NCBI GenBank assembly: GCA_965208125.1
Contig: OZ242320.1
Span: forward strand, 5,152,001 to 5,216,000
Reading direction: 5' to 3'
DNA length: 64,000 bases
From: Candidatus Latescibacterota bacterium
Lineage (GTDB): Bacteria; Latescibacterota; UBA2968
Shown: piece after piece, positions 9,381 through 18,202 of the stretch
Position numbering within the stretch: position 1 is the first letter of the stretch
Layout of the letters: each line of letters starts with the position of its first letter
The notes under the pieces: generated by a model
Database searches by the model: none
Told to the model about the DNA's origin: nothing
The model's input: the letters and a program-made list of their open reading frames with translations, nothing else
Position numbers and translations under genes: made by a program

Positions 9381-11507
9381 TTAAAACAGACGGAGTTGAT
9401 CGCGTGCAACGGGTTGGATCAGGGGAAACAGGCGGCGAAATTCGCCATCGGGAAATAGAACGCGAAAACGCTCGGCCATATCGTGCAATCGGCGCAGCAA
9501 ATAGCCCCGATCTTCGTCGTGAGTAAAAAATTCTGTGCGGGAAAGGGAGCCATCCTGACACTGGTAAACCGCGATCCGCTCTCCAATGCGACAGCCTTTG
9601 GCAGCCGTGGCAAGCCGGCTCAGATTCGGGTTTGAAAAGGTTTTTTTCGTAATGCGCTCAAATCGACAAAAATCTTCAGGATCAATCTTGCCGTCTTGCA
9701 ACTTGCGTCCAAGGGACAGATATGCGCGAGAAACGGCTTCTGTATCGCCATTGACGAGCAAGGGTGCGATCTGTGCAATAAATTGGCGAAAAATGCGTTC
9801 ATCGCGTCGGCTTCGCAGGCTGCTGCCCACAAGCGATACACCGCCGTTGTAATCGACGAGAATATAATTTTTTGCCTTGAGGCTGACCATCCCTTTAAAG
9901 CGACCGTCGTGCGAAAGATGAATGCCGCGGGGCAAAGTAGTCGAAATTTCTTCAATGAGTTGTTTTTCATCGGCCTCTGTTTTGACATGCGGTGGCACTA
10001 CAAAATAAGCCCCATCGGTATCTACTTCTATAATTTCCCCACCGGCATCGCGCAACTCAGCCACGAGTTGGCGGGCGATTTGCTGCCCGATTACAGTAAT
10101 TTTTTCCGCGGCGTGGTAGTCATTAAAACACGCGCGTCCGTATCCCAGATAGCCGTAAAAAGAATTGATGAGAATTTTGTAGCTGCCCTGCAACCCATTC
10201 CAGTATGCGCGATCGGTTTCGTCACGCGCGCTTTGAAAATTGGTCTTGGCCCCAAGGCGTCGTTGCGTGAGATGTTCGAGCATGGGCAAAAAAGCATTTT
10301 CAGTATCGGTCGCTGGCCGGATCTGTTGGGTTAACATAATCGATGGATAAAGACTTTCGACATCGGCTTTGACCACGCGCTTAAAAATGCCCGAAGCCAC
10401 GAGTCGCGTATAGCCCCCGCTAAATCCCTTCGATGGACGCGGTTTGGGAATGGCGAGATTGCGCCGCAGATAAAGCCCAACCATCAGGGCATTAATTTTT
10501 TCTCCCGGACCGCTGAGTGCAGCGTCTTGAAAGCCATAAGGCAAAATCTGTGTCTGATAAAATTCGGTGGGAACAACCACCTCGCTGAGTGCTTTGACAT
10601 CGCGCACATCGTCGAGTGCGTAGTTGATGAGACGTTGCGGATTGGTGCGCCATGTGCGGGCAATATCTTCCCCATCCACAAACGTGCGCCCCGCCCGTTC
10701 GAGGCCGAGTGCGTGGATGACTTGCTTGAGGCCATAGCGCTCCAGCTTGCCCCCGGTATCGTAACGCTGCACTTGCTGTAGAGTATCGACAATGTGTCGC
10801 CCGTGGACATAAGCCGGGCGAAAACCCGGGATTTGTGCCCCAACTTTAAAGACGCGCTGCCCATGCCCCGCGCGCAATGCCGACCCATCGCGCCCCCACT
10901 TTAGGGCAATACCATAGTGCTGGGCGCGCGCGACGAGATAGGGCAAGTCAAACTCAAAAATATTGTGGCCTTCAATCGTATCGGGATTGCGCGCTTCAAT
11001 CACTTTATTGAGGTTGCGAAGCAGATCTGCCTCGTTCATATCCGTAGCACTCAGCACGGTTTCAAAGCCCTGAGAATCGGAAATTGAGATGAGAATGATT
11101 TGTGCATCGGATGCCGAGGGATCGAGCGTGAGAGTCTCGATATCGAGTTGCAAGCGGTGGAGGTCGCCGTAGCGCATGCCGCGAAATAGAGTTTGTCCCG
11201 AAAGCGTCAGATGCTGCCGCACGGGATTGTTAAAATTAAAATGCGGTATTCTATCCTGAGCGAGGCGATCTCGTGCTGCGAGAAAATGGGACCAATTGTG
11301 AAAGTGTACCCGCGCGCGAAATTCGCCTCCTCCTTTGAGGCGCACGCAACCCGAAACCCCGACAAAACCAGACCGAGCGGACTCTTCGGGGGTCTCAACG
11401 AGCAACCACGGGGAAAAGAATTGCAGGTGGCAATTATCGCGCGTGTAAAGCGCCATCTGATTCCCGCCGACCAGTTCGGCAGCGAGAACACCGGGGAGAT
11501 AAGCCAT
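9381..11507 (-). CDS. polB: Family B DNA polymerase (Pol II-like) with 3'-5' exonuclease
   Basis: ExoI LDIET, ExoII GHNIFEFD, ExoIII YALDD, motif A DVESLYPS, motif B KILINSFYG, motif C DTDG; C-terminal clamp-binding QLRLF; ATG 11507 after GGAGG. Confidence 0.9.
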   Translation of the reverse strand: MAYLPGVLAAELVGGNQMALYTRDNCHLQFFSPWLLVETPEESARSGFVGVSGCVRLKGGGEFRARVHFHNWSHFLAARDRLAQDRIPHFNFNNPVRQHLTLSGQTLFRGMRYGDLHRLQLDIETLTLDPSASDAQIILISISDSQGFETVLSATDMNEADLLRNLNKVIEARNPDTIEGHNIFEFDLPYLVARAQHYGIALKWGRDGSALRAGHGQRVFKVGAQIPGFRPAYVHGRHIVDTLQQVQRYDTGGKLERYGLKQVIHALGLERAGRTFVDGEDIARTWRTNPQRLINYALDDVRDVKALSEVVVPTEFYQTQILPYGFQDAALSGPGEKINALMVGLYLRRNLAIPKPRPSKGFSGGYTRLVASGIFKRVVKADVESLYPSIMLTQQIRPATDTENAFLPMLEHLTQRRLGAKTNFQSARDETDRAYWNGLQGSYKILINSFYGYLGYGRACFNDYHAAEKITVIGQQIARQLVAELRDAGGEIIEVDTDGAYFVVPPHVKTEADEKQLIEEISTTLPRGIHLSHDGRFKGMVSLKAKNYILVDYNGGVSLVGSSLRSRRDERIFRQFIAQIAPLLVNGDTEAVSRAYLSLGRKLQDGKIDPEDFCRFERITKKTFSNPNLSRLATAAKGCRIGERIAVYQCQDGSLSRTEFFTHDEDRGYLLRRLHDMAERFRVLFPDGEFRRLFPLIQPVARDQLRLF

Positions 11508-11617
11508 TGTGTTGCCTCCAATTTGTTGCGGGAGAAGGGGAAAGCAACCTGCTAAAATATAGCCAATTTTTACCAGGCTTGCAATCTGGAGCACTTTCTG
11601 TGCATTTGAAAAATTAC

Positions 11618-11700
11618 TGCTAATTATTTCGCATTTTAGGCTTGACAATGAATTTTTAATCGGCTATTTTTTTGAAAATTGATATGCTAATTATTTCGCA
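11618..11700. promoter_or_regulatory. Two identical 16-bp imperfect palindromes (putative BlaI operators) flanking a sigma70 promoter
   Basis: TGCTAATTATTTCGCA at 11618-11633 and 11685-11700; TTGACA(11642)-17-TATTTT(11665) between them. Confidence 0.65.
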
Positions 11701-11722
11701 GAACCTGTAAAAGGAGCTAAAA

Positions 11723-12106
11723 ATGGCAAGACCGCGACAAGAGGGATTAACTGACCGTGAGATGGAACTCATACAGGTACTCTGGCAACAGAAAGAAGCA
11801 ACCGTCGAGATGATCCAGGCAAAATTACCTGACCGATTAGAAGGATCGACCATTCGCACACTCCTGCAAATCATGGAAGACAAAGGCTATGTGGCGCACG
11901 AAAAGCAAGGCCGCGCCAATGTGTACCGCCCCGTTATCGAACAGCAACGCGTTCAATCATCGGCAATGAAACACATCATTCAAAAACTATTTGGCGGTTC
12001 AACCGAACTATTGCTGGCGCGACTCGTTGAAGACGAAGAGATAGATCTGGACGACGTAGCGCGATTGCGTGAAAAACTCAAGCAGCGCAAAGGAGGCACA
12101 TCATGA
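11723..12106 (+). CDS. BlaI/MecI/CopY family repressor
   Basis: 'LTDREMELIQVLW', 'STIRTLLQIMEDKGYV', 'KLFGGS'; ATGA overlap with the downstream M56 gene. Confidence 0.92.
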   Translation: MARPRQEGLTDREMELIQVLWQQKEATVEMIQAKLPDRLEGSTIRTLLQIMEDKGYVAHEKQGRANVYRPVIEQQRVQSSAMKHIIQKLFGGSTELLLARLVEDEEIDLDDVARLREKLKQRKGGTS

Positions 12107-15100
12107 TCGACACATCTATGCTGGATCCCATTGCCATATTTCTCCTCGATGCGACTATCAAGACCTCTCTCTTTATGGGGATCGTGCTATTTGCTGTGTG
12201 GATCCTGGGCACACGACAGGCAGCCAAACGCAGCTTGCTTTTGAACTGGTGTCTTATCGGCGTGCTGATCATTCCCATTGCGTCTTTGTGCCTGCCTTCA
12301 CTGCGTTTACAATTTGATTCACTATTGCCCTCTACAGAACCAACTCTTCCATCCGTTCAACCTGTTGTCGCACCCGATACACCTCTGGTGAAATCCACAC
12401 CTGCATTGACGCAACAAAGGATGTCTGATAAGGCGTTGCCAGAAAACTCAGACCTATCTCAAGACTTCGTATCCCCCTCCCCCGCACAGATTGTTTTTGG
12501 CAAAAATGCTAAGACAGAATCGGTCAATTGGGCAGCCTACATACTGAATAAAATCACTTCAGTATATGCTTTGCATGCTGTAATGGCGGTCTATACTATT
12601 GGTGTATTAATTTTACTGATTCGTATAATCTATTCTCTAATAACGGTTTGCACGTTTCGCCGATCTCTATTGTCCTGTGAAGACGAACAGCTTCAAAATG
12701 ATTTACAGATCTTAAAGAATCAATTGGGTATTCGGCGATCTGTTGCACTCGCCGTCAGTGACCAAATCGGCAGTCCAACTCAGGTCGGACTCTTGAAGCC
12801 TGTAATCGTATTGCCCACGCCTATGATCAAATCGCACGAACAATTGGAATCGATTTTGATTCACGAACTCATTCACGTCAAGCGATGGGATTGCCTATAT
12901 CGTCTGCTGGCAATGATCGGTATGGCGTTTTACTGGTTCAATCCCCTATTCCACCGCGTCAAATATCTGCTTTTTGAAGTTCAAGAACAAGCCTGCGATG
13001 ATTGGACTGTAACTACGACCGGCAATTCTGAAAGCTATGCAGACACGCTTCTCAATGTGGCGATCCAACTACAACCACGTCCTACGATGGCTCTGGGCAT
13101 GGACATGGCGCGAACAACTCAGGTCATGGAGCGTGTCAATCGCATTATCACCCTGGGCGGCCATGTGATCCCGCGCGTTGGTCGCGTATCGGCACTGGTG
13201 ATGGCAGTGGCACTTATCGGCGGAGCGACAACTATTGGCAGCCTGACCACTTCAAAAGGCGATCACAATGATCCAAAGGTTGTATTTGAAGGTGGTGTTG
13301 CCGTAACCGATACCAGTGACGTATCACAGCGAGAACTTCCGATGAAAATGCGCGATGGTCGCCTGTGGTGGCGCGGCGAAAAGGGCCTCTATTTGCAAGA
13401 TGGAGATGCGTGGCAAAAGTTCACATTGCCGGAAGGGGGTTCATTCGACCAGATACATGCCTTTATGCAAGCGCGCAATGGCTCAATTTGGTTTGCCGGT
13501 ATAAATAAAAATGGGCCAATTGTCGTGAGCTTTAGCGGAAAGACATGGCAGATATGGGATTCAAAAACAACGGGCCTGGGAAAAATTACCGCTGGATATG
13601 ACTTTGCCGAAGATGAGGCTGGCGGTATCTGGATTTCCCACCACGGTATGGGAAATATCAGAGCATACGGAGGCTCCGATCGCTTCAAGGGTGGAAACGG
13701 TGTCTTGCATTTTGATGGCAAAGTATGGCGCAACTATACCGTGAAAGATGGATTGATTCACAATCGGGTTTACAATGTGGAAGCCGACCCCAAAGGCGGC
13801 GTGTGGATCGCAACCCTTCGCGGATTGAGCCACTATAAAGATGGAAAATGGACCTCTCATATTGTCGATAGCGTACCCATAGAGGGCGTGCGTAATGGCA
13901 ATAGATACGATGGCCACAAGATATATAAGCTATTCTATGATCGGGAAGGTACGCTTTGGGCCGTGCATGGATCGATTATTGGGCGCACCGTAATGCGGCG
14001 CAGAGGAGGAATTTCCAGCTTTGACGGCACAGCTTGGACACACTACGATGCACATGTTGGATTGCCTATAAATGCGTCTCGAAATATCTGGCAAACAGAA
14101 AATGGCGATCTATGGTTTGGTACGCATCAAGGTGATCAAACAGTGGTAGAAGCCAGAGGCTTGATGCGGTATAAAGATGGGATGTGGTTGCGATTGACGC
14201 GCAAGCACGGTATTCCCGGCGATTTTGTATGGGGTTTGGTAGAAAAAGGCGATGGATCTTTTTATCTCGGTGTTTCTGGTATTATATCTTATAAGCCACC
14301 TATCGATCACCTATCAACAATATCTGGTAAAGTGATCGATCAGCGCGATGGCCACCCTGTAGCAAATATGGGAATATGGGTTGAATACGACGATGGCGAG
14401 GTGCATGCCGGAACCCTGACAGATACAAATGGCCATTATCGCGTCGAAGTCACTCCTGGCGTATATCGCGTGCGGATCGCATCTAAGAATGCGGCTGAAC
14501 CCGTAACTGTTGAGGCAAAACCCGAGAGTAAAATTGAAGACATCGATCTGCTCTTGCTCAACTCGCGACGCATATCTGGCCTCGTACTCGACAAATTCGA
14601 TAATCCGATTGCCAATGCTGTTGTGGTGATTTCGGATGATTCTTTAGAAGACCGACGATTGTCCCCTCAGGTCGTGACTACAGATGCCGACGGGAAATTT
14701 GAAGGCTGGCAGATCTCGGGTCCGAAGGCTACTTTTGAAGCAGCAGCAAAAGGATACACACAAATCGCTCGAGAAGTTGAAAATGCTATTGAAGAGCAAG
14801 TAGTGATTAGTCTTAAAAAAGGAACGACGTTTCGCGGTCGCGTTGTGGATGAATTGGGCAAACCCATTGCCTGGGCGCGTATTGGTCCTGGACCTCCGCC
14901 GGATCCTGAAAAGAAAGTATATACATTGCCCGCATTACCCTTCCAGCGTAATACTTACACCCATGCATCGGGTCTGTTCACTCTAAATGACGTAGCGGGT
15001 GGTCACATCTGGTTGAATCATCCCGAGACCGGAATAGTGAATCAAAAAGTTATGCCTGCCGATGATGTGATAGATATCCGCGTAGAGCGTTTGCGTTTGT

Positions 15101-16113
15101 ACTCTGTTTCAGGTGTGATATCGCTAACTGGTGTGCCCGTAGAAAGGCTAAGGGTCAGAACCATTGCCCTTAACGGAGCAGAATCCAGACCTCAAGTAGG
15201 CCGCCCGGACGCTAATGGTGCATATCGCCAGGAGGGTCTGGAGCCAGGAAAATATCATATTTCCGTAACCGCACCCGCAAAAGAGGAAAGGGATGGACGC
15301 ACAATCGCAATACATCGCAGTGTTCAATCTCAGGTGCTGGTAATCAAAGATCGCGATGTAACATTGAACTTTGAGCCTCTGGGCGATGCGCGAGTTACCG
15401 GTTTTGCAACTTATAAAGGACAACCTGTTTCAGGGGTTTATGTAAGCAGCCGTGTTTTAGCCGATGATCCCATGAAATCTGTCCCAGCAAGCAGCACTCA
15501 AACAGATAAAGGTGGGCTGTTTGAATTGCGCGATCTGCCTTATGCACAGATTGAAATTCGTTTTTTTAGTAGTCCCAGTTCAAGAAAGCGCTGGAGCAAA
15601 GTCGATACGATTGATCTGACGGAAAAAAAAGAATTGAGTTATATAGCGGAATTGGATATGGAAGAGCGCAAGATGTTGAGCTTGGGAGATATAGCTCCTA
15701 CATTTGAGGCTAAGCGACTGGATGGATCAACATTCCGACTATCAGATTATCGCGGCAAAAAAGCCGTGTTGATCGATTTTTGGGCAACGTGGTGTGGTCC
15801 TTGCATCGATGAAATTCCGACAATAAAAAGAATCGCCGAAACGTATCGCGATCAGGGCCTGGAAGTCGTGGGCGTGAGTCTGGATCGAGATGAGAAGGCA
15901 CTGCGAGATTTTGTGGAAAAAGAAAAGCTGATCTATGTGCAGGTATTTGACAAAAAAAAGACGCAGGCAATTGCAAAATCCTACGGTGTATGGGGCATTC
16001 CGTCGGTATTTCTGATAAATAAAAATGGCGTCATCAATGCATTGAAGCTACGCGGAGATCGCACCGAAGCAGCAGTAAAGGCGCTATTAGCCGCCGGTAC
16101 GACAGACGGCTAA
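12103..16113 (+). CDS. BlaR1-like M56 metallopeptidase sensor fused to a beta-propeller, carboxypeptidase-regulatory-like repeats and a TlpA thioredoxin domain
   Basis: HELIH zinc motif, 'YWFNPL', 'EQACD'; 'YTVKDGLIHNRV' propeller repeats; 'ISGxVxD' repeats; C-terminal 'DFWATWCGPC'. Confidence 0.85.
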   Translation: MIDTSMLDPIAIFLLDATIKTSLFMGIVLFAVWILGTRQAAKRSLLLNWCLIGVLIIPIASLCLPSLRLQFDSLLPSTEPTLPSVQPVVAPDTPLVKSTPALTQQRMSDKALPENSDLSQDFVSPSPAQIVFGKNAKTESVNWAAYILNKITSVYALHAVMAVYTIGVLILLIRIIYSLITVCTFRRSLLSCEDEQLQNDLQILKNQLGIRRSVALAVSDQIGSPTQVGLLKPVIVLPTPMIKSHEQLESILIHELIHVKRWDCLYRLLAMIGMAFYWFNPLFHRVKYLLFEVQEQACDDWTVTTTGNSESYADTLLNVAIQLQPRPTMALGMDMARTTQVMERVNRIITLGGHVIPRVGRVSALVMAVALIGGATTIGSLTTSKGDHNDPKVVFEGGVAVTDTSDVSQRELPMKMRDGRLWWRGEKGLYLQDGDAWQKFTLPEGGSFDQIHAFMQARNGSIWFAGINKNGPIVVSFSGKTWQIWDSKTTGLGKITAGYDFAEDEAGGIWISHHGMGNIRAYGGSDRFKGGNGVLHFDGKVWRNYTVKDGLIHNRVYNVEADPKGGVWIATLRGLSHYKDGKWTSHIVDSVPIEGVRNGNRYDGHKIYKLFYDREGTLWAVHGSIIGRTVMRRRGGISSFDGTAWTHYDAHVGLPINASRNIWQTENGDLWFGTHQGDQTVVEARGLMRYKDGMWLRLTRKHGIPGDFVWGLVEKGDGSFYLGVSGIISYKPPIDHLSTISGKVIDQRDGHPVANMGIWVEYDDGEVHAGTLTDTNGHYRVEVTPGVYRVRIASKNAAEPVTVEAKPESKIEDIDLLLLNSRRISGLVLDKFDNPIANAVVVISDDSLEDRRLSPQVVTTDADGKFEGWQISGPKATFEAAAKGYTQIAREVENAIEEQVVISLKKGTTFRGRVVDELGKPIAWARIGPGPPPDPEKKVYTLPALPFQRNTYTHASGLFTLNDVAGGHIWLNHPETGIVNQKVMPADDVIDIRVERLRLYSVSGVISLTGVPVERLRVRTIALNGAESRPQVGRPDANGAYRQEGLEPGKYHISVTAPAKEERDGRTIAIHRSVQSQVLVIKDRDVTLNFEPLGDARVTGFATYKGQPVSGVYVSSRVLADDPMKSVPASSTQTDKGGLFELRDLPYAQIEIRFFSSPSSRKRWSKVDTIDLTEKKELSYIAELDMEERKMLSLGDIAPTFEAKRLDGSTFRLSDYRGKKAVLIDFWATWCGPCIDEIPTIKRIAETYRDQGLEVVGVSLDRDEKALRDFVEKEKLIYVQVFDKKKTQAIAKSYGVWGIPSVFLINKNGVINALKLRGDRTEAAVKALLAAGTTDG

Positions 16114-16135
16114 AATACGTGATAGACTTTTGCAC

Positions 16136-16175
16136 AAAAAAACGGGCAATTCTACATTAGGATTGCCTGTTTTTT
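16136..16175. terminator. Bidirectional intrinsic terminator
   Basis: A-tract, CGGGCAATTCTA-cat-TAGGATTGCCTG stem, T-tract. Confidence 0.75.
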
Positions 16176-16314
16176 ATTTTCCATATTTTCGGTCTTCTGT
16201 TCATCTTGTGCAATTCGCTTGTCAGAACGTGCATCTTTCTCCATAATCGGATTGAGAAAAATTCTTGCGAGGTGAATATCTATGTTACATCCAAATCCTT
16301 CTCATCCTATCTGA

Positions 16315-16698
16315 TCAATATCTTGCTCTGAAAAATTCTAAACTTTGAATCTGTCGAAAATGCTTTTCATTTTTGCTAACAAGCGTCAGATCATGCTCAA
16401 TGGCGGTAGCAGCGATTAGAGCATCCATAATCGTCAACCCCTGCGACAAAGTATAGTCTATTAAGAGATTGTATCCCCTGATACCAGTGCTTCTATGTAG
16501 CTCTCTGATTGTGTAATGAGCAATAAAGTCTTCAATCGCAAGTTGATCTCGTTTATCTCTTGCTCCAACGATAAGTTCTGTCGCAGAAATTCGACTGATA
16601 GAAATTGTCCCTGTGAGACCAGCGAGAAAATTAACGGCATTGGTGCTCCCTTTGGAAACATCAATCAAGACATCGGTATCAATCAAAAATTCACTCAT
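16315..16698 (-). CDS. vapC: PIN-domain toxin VapC
   Basis: 'LIDTDVLID', 'ATEL', 'DALIAATA', 'LVSKNEKHF'. Confidence 0.9.
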   Translation of the reverse strand: MSEFLIDTDVLIDVSKGSTNAVNFLAGLTGTISISRISATELIVGARDKRDQLAIEDFIAHYTIRELHRSTGIRGYNLLIDYTLSQGLTIMDALIAATAIEHDLTLVSKNEKHFRQIQSLEFFRARY

Positions 16699-16919
16699 TT
16701 CTCATACCTGTGCTGATCGCGAAGGTTACGAACATAAGAGATACCATCAGAAATGTCTTCTCGATCTTTCCAGAGACCAAAAAATGAAAATGACTTCATC
16801 GCTTCCACTTTGTCCGCTTCTTGAATATGGACCTCTCCTGTGACTCCTTCATCAATTTCTCTCAGTGTTTCAAGCGGTATGAAGACACCGTTTTCATATT
16901 TTACAGGAATTGATCGCAT
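16695..16919 (-). CDS. Antitoxin, AF2212/DUF104-like
   Basis: 'YENGVFIPL' signature; ATGA overlap with vapC. Confidence 0.75.
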   Translation of the reverse strand: MRSIPVKYENGVFIPLETLREIDEGVTGEVHIQEADKVEAMKSFSFFGLWKDREDISDGISYVRNLRDQHRYEK

Positions 16920-17030
16920 AATAAACGCTCCTCTTATTTTAATTGAAAACACCCCCCCATCACTATCCAATTCGCCGCTACCCTTATGAGAAATTTACTC
17001 AGCTTTGAGAAATAGGTCAAGGGTTTGCCT

Positions 17031-18197
17031 TTAACCCACCTGCTCTGCGCCATTGACCGCTGAACAAACGTAAATCTCAGGCGTCAAACCAGTTATCCTG
17101 GAATACCGATCATTTATCGCATCTGTCAGAGCTGAAACAGCATCTCGTTCAACGATATTCACAGTACACCCCCCAAACCCCGCGCCAGTCATCCGCGCGC
17201 CGAGCACCCCTGGCACATTTAGCGCGATTTCCACCAGCAGATCGAGTTCCTCCCCACTCACCTCGTAATCATCTCGCAAACTCTCGTGGGATGCGACCAT
17301 CAACTGTCCAAATCCCGATAAATCTCCTTGCTTGAGCAATACAACTGCCCGTTGCGTGCGTTCATTTTCAGTTATCACATGGCGACATCGCTTCAGCACG
17401 GATTCCGATAGCGCATCACCGTAAACATCCAGCATCTCCATCGACACATCGCGCAGTGCCCGTATATCTGCTCCCATCTCTCGTGCGAGAAGCGAGACCC
17501 CACTTTCACACGCGGCCCGCCGATCATTATATGCCGAATCCGTCAGCCCGCGCGTCACGCCCGAGTTACAAATCACAATTTGAACATCGTCGCCAAAAAG
17601 AGGGACAAGCTCAAACGAGAGATCGCGGCAATCGAGAAAAAGCGCGTGACCTGCCCGGCCATTTGCCGAGATAAACTGATCCATGATCCCACAATTGACA
17701 CCCACAAAATGATTTTCTGCGCGCTGTCCCAAAAGAGCCAGATCAGGCCCGCTTATTTCAATGCCATTTAACACAACCAGTCCCTTCCCCACCGCCATCT
17801 CCACAGCAGCCGAACTGCTCAATCCCGCCCCCATAGGTACATTGCCCACAATCGCCGCATCAAAACCACACAGCGAATGCCCGAGCTTTTGAAACTCGCG
17901 CACCACGCCCTTTGGATAATCCGCCCAATTGCCTTGCGCCTCCAATACACCATCGCTCTGGAACTCAGCCACCTCTTCGTGCATCGCCGAGTAAATCCGC
18001 ACCCGCGAATCAACTCTCGATCGCGCCGCAACAACCACCCAGCGATCAATCGCGGCGGGAAACACAAATCCCTCATTGTAATCCGTGTGTTCCCCAATCA
18101 AATTGACGCGCCCAGGTGCCTGCACGACGACATCCGCCTGCCCCTCAAAAACCGATGCAAAAGCGTCTCGCGCCTGTGCAATAATCGAATGCAACAT
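17031..18197 (-). CDS. galK: Galactokinase
   Basis: 'APGRVNLIGEHTDYN', 'GAGLSSSAA', 'CGIMDQ', 'GARMTGAGFGGC'. Confidence 0.96.
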   Translation of the reverse strand: MLHSIIAQARDAFASVFEGQADVVVQAPGRVNLIGEHTDYNEGFVFPAAIDRWVVVAARSRVDSRVRIYSAMHEEVAEFQSDGVLEAQGNWADYPKGVVREFQKLGHSLCGFDAAIVGNVPMGAGLSSSAAVEMAVGKGLVVLNGIEISGPDLALLGQRAENHFVGVNCGIMDQFISANGRAGHALFLDCRDLSFELVPLFGDDVQIVICNSGVTRGLTDSAYNDRRAACESGVSLLAREMGADIRALRDVSMEMLDVYGDALSESVLKRCRHVITENERTQRAVVLLKQGDLSGFGQLMVASHESLRDDYEVSGEELDLLVEIALNVPGVLGARMTGAGFGGCTVNIVERDAVSALTDAINDRYSRITGLTPEIYVCSAVNGAEQVG

Positions 18198-18202
18198 TGA
18201 AA

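Noticed and set aside
9381-11648. PolB as a casposon, pipolin or prophage marker
   Set aside because: No Cas1, integrase, terminal repeats or phage genes nearby; it carries a host clamp-binding motif
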